DNA of 64,000 nt, taken from positions 30,120,388 to 30,184,387 of the forward strand of contig NC_092670.1 of the NCBI RefSeq assembly GCF_964355755.1. The letters run 5' to 3'. This stretch comes from Antedon mediterranea (lineage: Eukaryota > Animalia > Echinodermata). A program made the translations under genes and the position numbers. The notes under the pieces were generated by a model. That model ran no database searches. It was not told where the DNA came from and worked only from the letters and a program-made list of their open reading frames with translations. Of this stretch, positions 38,136 to 52,323 are shown one piece after another (within the stretch, counting starts at the first letter, position 1; each line of letters opens with the position of its first letter).

Positions 38136-40774
38136 TGTGATAATAACTCATACTATAGAGGTTATTATCCAGTAACCTTTAGTTACTCCTCTTACAGTTA
38201 TACATATCATATGGTACCATGTGGCCTAGAAAAATAGCCCCAGACAAAGTTAACGGTAATTTTGTCTCAATTTTTGAAAAAGGCTAACTTATCAAACTAC
38301 TTGGAATATTGTTGGCCAATCAGAAGTAAGGGTGGGTTTTTTAAATAGTTAAGATGATAAACTGAATTTGATCCTTATCCTATTCCTAGGATAGATCAGA
38401 TACTTGATGAAGTAGCTAAAGCTAAATATATCTCAACCCTAGATTTGACTAAGGGATTTTATCAGGTACCTCTAGATCCGCAAGCTAAAGCAAAATCAGC
38501 ATTTGTGACACCTTTTGGGCAGTTTGCATATAGGGTCATGCCGTTCGGTATGATGAATTCTAGTGCGACATTTCAAAAGCTAGTTGATACTGTGTTGATA
38601 GGATGTTCCGCATTTTGCAGACAATATATTGACGATATTGCGATTTTCTCTAATACGTGGCAAGATCATTTAAATCATTTAGATATTGTATTAAGTAAAA
38701 TTTCAGAAGCTGGTCTTACTATTAAGCCATCTAAATCGAAATTTGCTAACAGCACTGTAAACTACCTTGGACATACCATAGGGGATGGCCAAATAAAGCC
38801 TATGTTAGATAAGATAGAGTCGGTAGAGAAATTCCCTACCCCTCAAACTAAGAAGAATGTCAGGTCATTTTTGGGATTGACAGGGTATTATAGGAAGTTT
38901 ATTCTACACTATGATGACATAGCAAGACCCTTGATAAACTTGACTAAAAAAGCCGAACCTAAGAGAGTAAATTGGACGCCTGAGTGTGATAAAGCATTCA
39001 CAGATTTAAAATCTCAGCTTATTGCTCACCCCATTTTAAGAGCACCAAACTTTGATAAACCATTTTTACTACAAACTGATGCATCGAAAACAGGAATTGG
39101 AGCTGTTTTAAGCCAGTTAGATAATGATTATAATGAACATCCTATTGTTTACCTTAGTAGAAGGATGTTGCCCAATGAGTTAAATTATTCAGTTGCTGAA
39201 CAAGAATGTTTAGCTATAGTATGGTCAATTAACAAATTACGATATTACTTACAAGGGCACAAATTTACAGTTGTAACTGACCACAAGGCGTTGAAATGGC
39301 TTGACAATACCCGCCATTCAAATAATAGACTAATGAGATGGTCAATGACTCTACAACAATTTACTTTTGATATACAATACCGCAAAGGTATAACAAACAC
39401 CAATGCTGACAGTTTGTCACGTCGATGTTAGTAATTCAGGGAACATATGGTACATTGCATTATTTTAATTTATAGTTAAGTGAGTACACAAGCTTCATCA
39501 GCCCAAAATGTGTATGTTATAAGGATTATCACAAATAATCCCACTTTATATAGTAAAATTAAGTATTAACATACAAACGAAAAGATTCTCACAAAGAATC
39601 TATATATATTGTGACCATTATATTATAACAATTGTGTCTAATTGGTTAAAAAAAAAAAAAAAAAAAAAAATTATAATATCTATATTGTCAGTAAAGATTA
39701 TATTTAGCATCACCAACTAACAATTGGCCAGAGCACTTCACAATATTGAAGGTTATTATGTACATCCAACTTATACTTGGTATTAGACACTTTACTGTAT
39801 TGTAGTACATCTGATTTATTATGATATTATATTATTTAAGATTTAGAATTAAGTATAAAGTGCATCTCGAACTGTTGCCATAAAATGGTATGAATGTGAC
39901 CATTAACCGTATCATCTTCTTTTATACAAACTTTGAACACTGTGACCTGTTTATGAACTCTTACATTTATGATTGACAGCAGTACAACAGTGAAATGAGG
40001 AGCATTGAAGAAAAACTTTTATGTAATTAATTTGATTGATATTTTATTTTTAACAGCGTGATTTTTGCAGAACTGCAGAACACTTTATGATTTTGAAGTT
40101 AAATTTAACACATTGGACACCATACCATTGATGAACAATAACTTGAACAATTGATGATAGAGCAGTAGAAATTATAAACACTGCATTTTTAATTTTAATA
40201 CTGAAAGCTGAACATTTGAAACTACTTTGAACATTTTCAGTTTTATATTCTCATATTATATTGGTTTAGTTATTAAGTACTGTAGTTAAGGACATACTAT
40301 TTTTAGAAGAGTGACACACTCTTTTATTCAGTAGGGGGGGTGTGATAATAACTCATACTATAGAGGTTATTATCCAGTAACCTTTAGTTACTCCTCTTAC
40401 AGTTATACATATCATATGGTACCATGTGGCCTAGAAAAAAAGCCCAGACAAAGTTAACGGTAATTTTGTCTCAATTTTTGAAAAAGGCTAACTTATCAAA
40501 CTACTTGGAATATTGTTGGCCAATCAGAAGTAAGGGTGGGTTTTTTAAATAGTTAAGATGATATGTTTTAAGTTTAGTTTTAGTTTTGGCATGAAGGTGA
40601 ACAGACACAGGCCAGCAAGAGCGCCTGTTCATTAAAGAAATATACTTTTACTTTAACTTTACTGCATTTTTGATGTTCATCTTTGTCTGATAACTTTAAA
40701 TATTAAACCGCTCGGACGTTTCTCCTATATGACTATATAAGCAAACCGCTCGGACTCATGCGAAGCCCGTAACA
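38136..40774 (+). mobile_element. Gypsy (Gmr1-like) LTR retrotransposon, internally deleted
   Basis: 4-bp TSD TACT. The 3' LTR 40341-40774 (TG...CA) follows a PPT AGTAGGGGGGG. The 5' LTR half 38136-~38358 is nearly identical to it and is fused directly to RT. Confidence 0.93.
38360..39431 (+). CDS. Truncated pol: reverse transcriptase + RNase H of the Gypsy element
   Basis: DPYPIPRID, LDLTKGFYQVP, MPFG, YIDD, FLGLTGYYRKFI, QTDAS, TDHKAL, NADSLSR*. There is no start context and no integrase downstream. Confidence 0.9.
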
Positions 40775-41116
40775 TACTATTCTTACTTTCATGTTTAATG
40801 TACATTGATATTATTAGCGTTTATCTTGAAATTTTAAGTGGGTAAGAGCACTAATAATTACACACACACACCCGTACAGAATGTTGTGAAAAATATGTTT
40901 CTATTCTTTATTAATATAATTTGAGATTTGAGGATACATGTAATTTTAATTAGTATGTGTTATCTAAATTAATCAGTTGAGTGATGTAGCATTCGCCACA
41001 AGTGAATTCGGTTTTGTTGTTGTTCCGGAACGTTGATAACTGGTCTTCGGTGCAGGATAGCTATACAGTAGGACACAACACGGCTATGGTAGGCCCATGA
41101 ATATGCTGTCCCGCTG

Positions 41117-41450
41117 CCGTAATTTTTTCGTACATAAGTTAGGGACCCCATGTGAAAGATAGCCAAACTACTTCCTAAATATAACTAAACCTAACGCTCC
41201 AAATATTCTCTCTCTCACTATAAAGTAAAAGAAGTAGCTCATGGGAGTCGAACCCCATACATCGACATGTAAAGTCCATAGTCTTATTCACTCGACTATA
41301 CAGACGGCTCGACACAAATCGTTTACATTAGCGAATTGTAATTAGCTCAATTCTTACGTCACACCTTATGGATATAACTAATGAATATTCATGTTTATTT
41401 TGTGACGTTTCACGAGGGGTCCTCAACTTATGTACGAAAAGAAATATCGC
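41117..41450. mobile_element. MULE-like MITE carrying a tRNA-derived segment
   Basis: TIR core TTTTCGTACATAAGTT.GGGACCCC, perfect 9-bp TSD GTCCCGCTG, and minus-strand A/B-box-like sequence at ~41236-41309. Confidence 0.8.
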
Positions 41451-43514
41451 GTCCCGCTGTTGATTCTTAGAATTAATCACAGCAAAATAAACAATAATAA
41501 GATTATTGTACTATATATTGCGCGTTCCCGGTGCGGAGGTATCGTAAATTCACTGTACTAGAGGGTGAGCTCGCTTCGCTCGCTCCCCCTCTAGGAAGTG
41601 TAGACGATGGTTCTCGGAATGATAATGTTCTCCTTATACGTTTTCTGTCGGTTACCATTATTGAAAATGCTTGACATTCGTAAAACTAAACTACTTTGTT
41701 TCACAGTGTTTTAGATGATTAATAACATTTTAAAGTACAGTTTTTATTGTTTGGTAGGGCCCTTTGGGGAGGCGGAGGTCATTTGAGGGAGGTGCTTATT
41801 CGAGGGATATATGTTAAATTTTGTAATTTTAATAATATGGTAACATTTATAATCAAATGAAATCCTCTAATAGATATGAAAAGTGCTAAAAAAAGAATAA
41901 CAAATGCTTGGTAAATTGTAAATAACAGTGCGGTGAATTCTACTACAAATAGTATAATTGTGTTGTTATAAATATGTGGATGGACGTTTATTAGATAGTT
42001 GGATTGGGGGGGGGGGGGGGTATTATTCAAAGTGATGTTTTATTGGAGAGGCGTTTATTCAAATGAATACCATCCTAATAATTATTAATACATTATTTAA
42101 TTTAATCATCTTTTGAAACTAACTGCCGTGACAGAGTGGGCCCAAGAAAGAAGACATTACGGCTTGCAACATGGGCAGACATCTCGGTCCTAACGGGACA
42201 CAGGAAGATAGCCTACAGTTATTCCTGCAAGCTTACTCAATAAAACTCAGCTATCGGGATTTCACTCGAAAAAAGTCTTATCATCAAATCTCCCTATGTA
42301 ATTTTATAATACTATTCCCAACAATATATTCTGATTCTTTATGGCGTATATTTAATTTGATCTTTATTAATTTGCAGTATAATTCTTATTATTTAACTAC
42401 TGTACCTTCACACACGTGCGGTATGTTTTAAAATAAACAAAAAACTGAAATGGCTATGATTAATGGCCAAATATATCTGATTTTTTTTTTTCGTCTTCCA
42501 AAGGGACACTGTATTGATTGATGGAAAGTGCCTGTTTCCAGTCACCTTTAGGGTCAAATCTATTATTTTAACTGCTCCCTTGTGTTTAAAAGAGAGAAAA
42601 TATTTGAAACTAAGGTTGTTGCAAGGTGAACTTATCTTAAACCCGGAAATTACTTTGAACGGGAAGAATTGAAATTGAGAGGAAAATCCAATGTTGAAAT
42701 CATAAATGTTGTTAAAAAACTCTTTATAATATCTTCCTAAGATATAAATATGGAACAATAGCGTCGGCGTGCACACTAATGTTATCAAATCTACGTTTCG
42801 CGGTACATCTCGGATAGATTTGTACCGAAGTTTTTGCATTGTGCTCGCCTATGTCAGAATTAACCATAATTTATATATAGATACAAAGATGCATTAAAAA
42901 TTTTTATAACGCCACTGGTTGTATTCGTGCAGTTTTTTTCAATTACGCATGGACTAAGACCTACCTAATGAAAAGGTCACGTGATATCTAATGGTGCTAA
43001 TTTACGCACTCTAATGCACGTTCGGCGTTTTTTAAACATTTTTAGAATGTTTGCCTCGCAATGTAGTTGATTGAGCAACTGTTCTACTCCACATCGAATT
43101 TAAACCACTGCCTTTGGTGATTTACGATGAATAAATTGAATAACAGTAGATTATAAAACCAATAGCCAATGTAATTGAATTTCTAGCAGATGATTTAATG
43201 TGAATATAGTATACACAGTTAGATGTAAAATAATAGAAAAGAAATATTATTGCAAAATATCTCGCCGCTATGTCTGAATTTTGAGATTTTATTTATAATA
43301 GAACAATCATGAAATGTGTGGGCACAACTGGCGTTTTTAAAGTTAGCCTGAGTGTTTCTTATTGGGAATTTTGACAATTATACGATACAGTGTGTGATTG
43401 TACTCAACTGTTTACCTCTTTAGTAAGATGTTAACTATATTTCTCTTTAAATGAAAAATATGTATAAATAAGATCCACTGCATACATTTATATCGCGTAA
43501 TTGTTCAATGTCTG

Positions 43515-44050
43515 GGTGGTAGTTGTCCAGGGGTTAGTTGTCCTACGGAGGTAGTTGTCCTGAAACATTATTTGCACTCGGAGTATTGTCCAGGTCCAGA
43601 GGTAGTTGTCCGCGGGATAATTACCAGGGGGGGGGGTAATTTTCATGGGGTAATTGTTCCTTGGGGGTAATTGTCCGGGGGGTAGTTGTCCAGTCCTAAA
43701 AGATTATTTGCCCTCGTAGTATTGTCCAGGTCCAGGAGGTAGTTGTCCTACGGGGAGTATTGTGTCAGAGGTAGTTGTCCGCGGGGTAATTACCCGGGGG
43801 GAGGGTAATTGTCCGGGGGTAATTGTCCGGGTTTAATTGTTCCTGGGGGTAATTGTCCGGGGGGTAGTTGTCCAGGGGGTAGTTGTCCTAAGGGGGTTGT
43901 TGTCCTAAGGGGGTAGTTGTCCGGGGGGTATTTGTCCGGGGGGTAGTTGTTCTAAAGGGGTAGTTGTCCTAAGGGGGTAGTTGTCCAGGTGGTGGTTGTC
44001 CGGGGGGGTAGTTTTCCGGGGGGTAAATGTCCAGGGGGTGAATATCTGGA
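43515..44050 (+). repeat. G-rich short-unit tandem repeat
   Basis: Dozens of GGGG(G)TARTTGTCC variants. Confidence 0.93.
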
Positions 44051-44154
44051 TACGAAACAAATGCATTGTTAGGGGTTAGGGGGTTTTCAGCATTAAACTT
44101 GTCTAGTCTAGTCCGCCTACTGTATTATGAGTGAGTGAGATCGGGGAAAGATAT

Positions 44155-45236
44155 GGGTGTCACGAAACCTAAGACCACGAAAGCTAAGACCCCCTAAGAC
44201 CTAAGATCACGAAAGCTAAGACCCAACACCTAAGATTACAAATACTAAGATATACTACAGCTTAAAAACAATACTTGTTTATCCATACATAATTTTAAAC
44301 ACAATAGGTTTAATTTATTACCATAAATATAATTTAATACTACCGCAAAACATAGATAAACTCACATTATTTTCGCCCGTTGAGTAAATGTATATTTTTT
44401 CTTTACAACAAACAAACTTTACGGGTTGTTTGTTGGTATATATTTACTCCATTGTGTTGGTTCAGAGGATGTTTTTCTTACGCACCTGCCTTTCTTGTAT
44501 TTTGACTCCAAATTTGTTGACTAACTTTATCCTGAACACCACACTTTAAAATTAGGACTTATAAGTACTTTCAGAAGGAGAAACACATAATAACAAATAA
44601 ATAAATCCTTTAAATTGATGATTTTACAGATGTGTTTCTTTGTATACTGTAATGTAACTCCTCGAGCTCCATGCTCAATGTTTTTGTTTCTATGGAGCGC
44701 CAAAAGAGCAACAATAATAGTACAAGTATAAAAACAGAAAGAAAACGAAACAAATAAACTTATCATGATTTTTAAATTAAAATTTATTTGCCAGTATTTA
44801 TTTCTTCGTACTTGCATGATTATACTATTATCATTACAATTTTTATTTTACATTGTTCCATCCACACTGTAGATGGACTCCACAGAGTTTTCAGCCCTCT
44901 ATATAATGTTTGCTCTTTTGACGTTCCATAGAAACAAAAACATTGAACATGGGGTAGGCCTACTGTACTGGGTCCACCCTGTACTGTAGGCTAGTCATTT
45001 TGTGTGCGAGAAAAACGTCTGTAAAATCATCAATTTAAAAATGTATTTGTTACTTTTTATGTGATTCTTTTTCATGAAAGTGCCAATTCTAAGATGTGGT
45101 ATTCAGAATAAATGTTTGGAGTTAAAATACAAGGCAGGTGCGAAAGATAAATATTTGTAATCTTAGTGTTGGGTCTTAGCTTTCGTGATCTTAGGTCTTA
45201 GGGGGTCTTAGTCTTAGGGGGTCTTTCGTGACACCC
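44155..45236. mobile_element. MULE-like foldback element
   Basis: TIRs GGGTGTCACGAAA..CTAAGA repeats, perfect 10-bp TSD GGAAAGATAT, and an inner inverted arm pair ~44480-44710 / ~44910-45142. Confidence 0.85.
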
Positions 45237-45289
45237 GGAAAGATATTGCTGCCTGCACATACTGTAATTGCAGTAGTTGAAGCTACTTT

Positions 45290-46247
45290 TCTTTTCAGCT
45301 AACAAACTTTCTCTTAAGCACAAAAAATGTAACTTCATCCTGTTTGGGACCCCTCAGAAAATTAAGAACATTGATACTGCAAACTATAACATTTCTATTA
45401 ACAATCATGATACTTCTTTAGTCCAACCTGCTACATTTTTAGGAGTTCATCTGGACAGTCGACTTTCATGGAAAAATCACATCAATTTTGTTGAGAATAA
45501 AATTTCCAAAAGTCTAGGCATCATTAGGCCTACTAGACTTTCTTTTTTTTTTTACCCCCTAACATTCTTCGTATTCTTTACTGCTCCCTTATCCTGCCTT
45601 ATCTTAACTATTGCAATATTGTCTGGTGCAACTCTTATCCTTCCAGTATTAAAAAACTTCAAACTCTTCATAAAAAAGCCATCAGGGTTATATCTGGCGC
45701 CCAACCCCTGTCTCATTCATCTTATCTTTTTTCAAAGCTTCATCTTCTCAAAGTCTCTGATATCAATCTAACCCATCAAGGCTCTTTCATCTTTTCTTCC
45801 AAAACATCTTTGTCCCATGTTCACTCCTAATTCTTCAATTCATTATCATCATACCCGTATATGTTCAAAATTACATATTCCAACTTAGCCAACCACTTTC
45901 AACACAACATTAGGTATTCCGGACCCACTTTTTTAAACGATCTGCCACTCCCCATCTTAAACTCTGTTTCTAGCAAATCATTTTTATCTAAACTTAAAAG
46001 TCACCTTATTTCCAAATATTAACTTTTCCTCGGTCAATTTTTTAATTTTTTATTTATTTATTATTTATTTTTTGTTTAGTTTTTATTGTCTGTGTCAGTA
46101 ATAGGTACGCCCTCCACAAGATGTGTTTTTCATTTTTCGAGGCTTGTACCTTCTTCTTTCGAAATTGTGTTTAAATGTATATTGTTCATTGAAATCAATT
46201 TTGTATATGAAAGGGAAAAATAAATGTTGCTTTGAATTGAATTGAAT
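45290..46247 (+). mobile_element. 5'-truncated L2/Crack-type LINE
   Basis: ANKLSL..KKCNFILFG, FLGVHLDSRLSWKNHI, frameshifted. AATAAA followed by a (TTGAA)n tail. Confidence 0.8.
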
Positions 46248-47869
46248 TAAATTAGATCCTCAGGGGCGGTCGACTGACTATTTTAGCAAGAAAATTGTTA
46301 AATGACACCCCTAGATGGCCGTAAATGGTACTCTCGCACGTACAATTCATCATAAATTGCACCTCTCGTTCGCCGGAAATGTCACTCTCTCTGTAGTGCG
46401 TAAGCAAACAGAGGATTATAGCCCATATTAATTCGCCGATAATAAAACATACGCGACTAACAATATAGGATAATATTTTTTTTTTTTCGTTCAATGCGAA
46501 CGTCACGGGGAAGTCGATGAAGGTACTTTTGATACGGTAATACATTCTAATAATTTTATTCAATTAATGTTAATTAATTATTAATTAATAATTTTAAAAA
46601 GTTATGCAAAGAATATGAAGCTGTTTCTATAAATAGGCTTATATTGTGCAAAAACATTAAATTGAATTATTTTGAATTAAATGCTAAATAAAGTCAGATG
46701 TTTAAACCACAATTTCCAAAATTCATTTTTATTTATCCACTATGAACTTTACAAAAATGTTGTTTTAAACCACACTTAAAAATAAAACATAGAAAATAAT
46801 GATAGGACATTTGCAGGAAGAAGCAAACTTTGCTCTGCTACCGGTATAATTAACACTGTTCAAATTTCGGAACGTACATAAACCAGGGAGTATAACAACT
46901 CCCTGCATAAACTACTACGGAAATTCGGACGTACTGAAGTGAAGATAAATAGGGTACTATACACGCATCGGAAATACAAAACTATATGCACAATTATGAT
47001 TTGGCCTAAAAATTGACCTTAGATTATGGAAAACCCTCGGCAAAATGCAATAATTATGGACAAATCGATTATTAGCCTTGGCTTTATGCCTAATATTTAA
47101 AAGGAATGAATATAAGGATTGGGGACAGTATAGAAGTATCCAAAAAACAATACAAATTGAAATTAAAAAGGCATATGACCAATATGTCGCAATCTTGTTC
47201 GATGAAATTGAAAATAGTGGTGGTGCACTTAAAAAACTATATACATTCGTAAAAGGTCTAAGACGAGATAGAGTTGGAATCTCATCTCTGCAAACAGACG
47301 GTAAATTTGCAACTGAAGGAAAGGATAAAGCAGAAATGTTATCTAAACAATTTCAGAAAGTATTTACCCACGAAGATACTAGGAATATTCCAGACAAAGG
47401 CCAAAGTCCATATCCAAATATGCCTGAAATTAAAATTAATACGGATGGAATATTAAAATTATTAAGTAAACCTAATCCTAAAAAAGCAATTGCTATAGAT
47501 ATGATTCCGACGCAAATTATTAAAGACCATGCAGATCTTGTGGCACCCATCCTAATTGAAAAATGTCAGCAGTCTTTAGAGGAAGGGGAAGTGCCACATG
47601 ATTGGAAGCAAGCAAATGTAACAGCCTTATTTAAAAAAGGTGATAGATCATTACCAGTTAATTATAGGCCTGTGTCTCTTACATGTGTGACTTGTAAAGT
47701 TATGGAACATGTAATATTTAGTAATTTTTATGGATCACCTAGAAAAAAGAAATATACTAAATATTAATCAACATGGATTTAGACAAGGCCATAGTTGTGA
47801 ATCTCAATTAATTAACCCAATAGAAATATTAACAAACAAGGCCATATAGATGGCTGCAGTTGTGTGCTC

Positions 47870-48560
47870 ATTAGTTTTTACCGACCGACCAACCTACCAA
47901 CTGACCGAAATTACTGAACATGTTTAAAAATGTTGAAATGTTTGAAAACATTTTATATTTTTTTAATTTACACGTGCGTAGCCTGTCACTTTTGACGTGC
48001 TCGTATAACGTAATTTCGAGTTGAAAAGTAAGTCAAGAAAACTGAAATCGGGCAAACAGAGTGCGCAATAAAATAAATAATCTGCGCACAAATGGCAATT
48101 TTGTAAACGCCTAAAATTGCCTGAAACGTACTCTTATTTCATCGAAAATAAATTTTGAAAATTTTAAGCGCGCGTACGCATGCGTTACATGCGCTACGCA
48201 TGTAATTGTATTGCCATATGATGATTTATGCCCTGAAATTTATGAGTACCAAATTTTATTTAATTCATGGTTGTGAAGATATGATTACAAATGTGATTTC
48301 GTTAAATCGTGCGTAGACCGCGTAATTTTTTATTACGCACCGTACCACATCGGTGAATAAGTGCATTTTGTAGGATTGTAGATAATAAATAAATCATTTT
48401 GTTAATTGATTTTCCCTATCCCTATGTGTGTTATAATAGGCCAAAATTTAAAAGTGCCATAAAAAATTTTCCCCAAGACCCCCTGGGATAGGAATTTTTT
48501 TTCTGACATTCCATATGCTATTAGAAAAACCAACAAAAAATTTTCCTATACTTTTTTCCC
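47870..48560. mobile_element. Unclassified non-autonomous repeat (second copy inverted at ~61550-61910)
   Basis: CACGTGCGTAGCC..TCACTTTTGACGTGCTCGTATAACG and TATTGCCATATGATG..CCTGAAATTTATGAGTACCAAATTTT are matched in reverse complement at 61560-61900. Confidence 0.7.
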
Positions 48561-48569
48561 GCAAATGTG

Positions 48570-51083
48570 TATAATAATTGTTCTGCACCCAGGCTACTAC
48601 TACTTCCTGGAAATCTGTTGTTATTGTTTCTAGGTGACGTCATACTTTTTCGTAGCAGTGATGTGTATACGTGATCGAGATATACATTTACGCATCGTTG
48701 CAAAGATAACGGTATCACACAATCAAGCCTCCGGATCAGCTGCCCGATAAATACGGAGAAAGCCAGAAACATCATAAGAAAAGCCGAAAAAGATCTAGTA
48801 GGTGAACGTATCCGGGTAGTAAGGAACAAAATTAATGTTCTTCTTGAACGTAAATCTGAATTGCAAAAACAAAAACTAGAAACACTGAATACCGATGACC
48901 GTCACCATGTTGATGTACATATAGTAAACAAACGTGAATCAGAGGAAACAAAAACCAAACAGAGACATAAAGTAAAGCTCGAACGCCTCAAAGTTAAACA
49001 TGAAACAAAACAGAAGTCTAATTATTTAACGGAACCCGACCTTAGCGGTACACAACTCAAAAAATGGCGTGAAAAATGGGTTAAAAACATCTCAAACAGA
49101 GTCCTATCCGAGCAACAACAAAAGTTGCTCGCTCGAGGGTTGAATTTTGCAGTGTCGGTTGACAAAATACCACATGAAGAATACATCGTTGCTTGCGAGT
49201 CAGTTTGTTCTAAACTACCAATGGAGGATGCTAAAAAGCCTCAGAACAGAGATAGCAGGTATGTTAAAATCAGCAAAACCTCCCAAATCTAACATCTCAA
49301 AACAAGAAAGAGTTGCTCTTAATGCATTAAAAAAGGACAAAGAAATGATGGTAATGTGTGCCGACAAGGGAAAGTGTATTGTCGTTCAAAATAAAAAAGA
49401 GTATGAAAGCAAGGTTAAGGAAATGTTAAACGATCATAAGACGTATGAAAAGCTTACCAAAGATCCTACTCCGGGTTACAAACGGAAGTTAGTTGAGATT
49501 TTGAAAAGACTAAAAACCGAAAACAAGATTAATGAAAGCCAATACAGGTTACTCTATCCTACTGCCGAAAATACACCTAGAATGTACTGTACCACCAAGA
49601 TCCACAAACAGGGAAATCCAATAAGACCGATAGTGGATTACACCGGGTCGATTGGATATCAAACCTCAAAAGCCCTTGCCGAGATACTCGCCCCGCTCGT
49701 AGGTACCACCGAACATCATGTGGTGAACTCCAAATCTCTCGCGGAGGAAATGACAGCGATAATGATTGACGATGGATGGGGACATTCTTAATTCTCACGA
49801 CGTAGTATCGTTGTTCACTAACACTCCTATCGAAAAAGCCTTGGACGTCATTAAAGATAGACTGTTAAATGACAAAACTCTAAACCAAAGAACTAATTTA
49901 AACCCGGACGACGTTATTGCTCTTTTAGAATTTATCTGCACAACAACATATTTCAGCTTCAGAGGACAAATTTACCGTCAGATATTTGGTGCAATCCTGG
50001 CCAATCTGTTTATGGAATGGTTAGAGAGAGAAGCCATCGCTACATCACCTCTCGATTGTAAGCCGAAGCTGTGGCGCCGCTACGTTGATGATGTGTTAGA
50101 GATAATTAAAAAAGACAGTACACAAAAACTTACTGACCACCTCAACTCCATCGATCCAACGGGCAACATCAAGTTCACGTTTGAGGAAGAAAATCAGGGA
50201 AAAATCCCCTTCCTGGACACATTAATCGTCAGGAAAGAAGATGGGTCACTGAAATTACTGGTGTACAGGAAAAAGACACACACTGACCAGTACCTGAATT
50301 TCCAATCTCAACACCAGCTACACCAAAAGCTAGGGGTCATCAGAACGCTCATGGATAGAATGGAGAACATAGTTACAGAGGAGGCGGATAAGAAAGAAGA
50401 GGAAGTTAAGTTCAGGAATGCGCTTAGGAAATGTGGATACCCCAAGTGGTCACTGGACAGAGTCAAACAACAAATAAAAAATAAACAACCAACGCAAAGG
50501 AAGAAGAACAAAGAGTCGGAGACACCATCTAAGGGTATGGTTGTTTTACCTTATGTCGAGGGAGTGGCAGAACAAGCTCAAAGGATTTTTAAGAAATATG
50601 GTATTTCCACCGCCATGCGTCCAACGAACACTCTTAAAAGCATTCTAGTCCACCCCAAAGACAAGAAGGACATCACCCAAACAAGTGACATTGTTTACGA
50701 CATCCCTTGCAAAAGTTGCAAGAAATCGTATATTGGGGAAACAGGTCGTCAATTTGGAGTAAGACTGAAAGAACACCAAAAAGACACTGAAACGGTCACA
50801 CCGATCGTAAATACACTCGGGCAACAAGAAAGGAATCAACATCCGAAATCCACAAATCCGCCATCACAGACCATGCAGCGCAAGAAAACCATATCATCGA
50901 TTGGGATGGGGCAAACATTCTTGACAGAGACTCTAACACATTCAAGCGTAGGATCAGAGAGGCAATCCAAATCAGAAAGAGGGGGACTAACGCAATCAAC
51001 CGCGACGAAGGGGCTGTATATCTCGTATACACATCACTGCTACGAAAAATATGACGTCACCTAGAAACAATAACAACAGATTT
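48570..51083 (+). mobile_element. Penelope-like element (RT + GIY-YIG), frameshifted, with inverted terminal segment
   Basis: ADKG, KIHK..P.RPIV, DVVSLFTN, RYVDD, PFLD, YRKKTHTDQYL, VYDIPCKSCKKSYIGETGR. 48611-48685 is the reverse complement of 51016-51083. Confidence 0.93.
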
Positions 51084-52146
51084 AGTAGTTTTTTTTTTGT
51101 CTTGTGTGAGTTCTTCTCACGTTTATTTAAATTCTCATTGATGAATATATTATATACATATAAGTACATTTGTGACAATTAAAAGTACGTGTTTATAGTA
51201 TTAAAGTAGTTAAAATACAGGTATATTTACATAATAAGATGCCAGAATTCAGTATTAACCTTATTTTTTTTATTTAAAATTTTAGATACGATGTTAATTA
51301 AAATGTAGAAATGAAAAATGGCGGTAAAATACATGATTAAAATGTTCTTGTTAAACTATCTTATTTGTGTTCTTATGGATGGATACACATCAGATAAAGA
51401 AAAGGTACAATCAGGGGTACCACAGGGTACAGTTTTAGGACCTCTTATGTTTTTACTTTACATTAACGACATTACAGAAAATATTACTTCAGAAATGAAA
51501 TTATTTCCTGAAGATAGTATTTTATTTAAATCTGTCAAAAATAACAATGATGCCAAGCAACTCCAAAAAGATCTTGATAAAGTAGTGGCATGGTCTGAAA
51601 AATGAAATTTAATCCCAACAAATGCCAAGTAATTAAAATAAGTACCAGAAAAAATATTCAACAGTATGAATATACAATGTATAATGTTACACTTCAATCA
51701 ACAAAACAGCTTAGATATCTTGGAGTGGAACTTACCCATAACCTAACATGAGGAGCTCACATTGACAAGATTACAAAAAAAGCAAATAATACATTAAACA
51801 TGTTAAGAAGAAATTAATAAAATACAATCAATTCAAAACAAAGCAGCCAGATATGTGACAAAAAAATATGACAGAAATAGTAGTATAATACAGAGATTAA
51901 TAAACAGTTAAAATGGCCACTTCTTCTACATAGAAGATTTGTTGCCAGACAATCTCTTCTATACAAAACATGGCATGGAAAAACAGCCATAATACTACCA
52001 CCATACAAAAGTAATATTCATACAAGAGTGTTACGAAACTCCAAAAATTTTAACTTGTCAAATGCGAGACATTCCATAGACAAATACAAATATTCTTTTT
52101 TTCCGCGTACTGTAAGAGCATGGAATGTACTTCAAGAATGCATTAA

Positions 52147-52323
52147 GCGTGGTTCCCACTAGAATATAACGCAAGGACGTCAACGCAACGCAAGCGAATT
52201 GACCAATCACAAGCGATGGCTTATTCGCTTGTGATTGCTAACTGTCTATAACTTCGCTTGTCATTGGTTAAAACGCTTGCGTTGCGTTTACGTCCTTGCG
52301 TTACGTTCTAGTGGGAACCAAGC
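52147..52323. mobile_element. Palindromic MITE inserted in the LINE 3' end
   Basis: GCGTGGTTCCCACTAGAA...TTCTAGTGGGAACCAAGC flanked by TTAA on both sides. A decayed relative lies at ~58100-58235. Confidence 0.85.

Noticed and set aside
41236-41309. Functional tRNA gene
   Set aside because: Acceptor and anticodon stems do not pair convincingly, and it sits inside a MITE.
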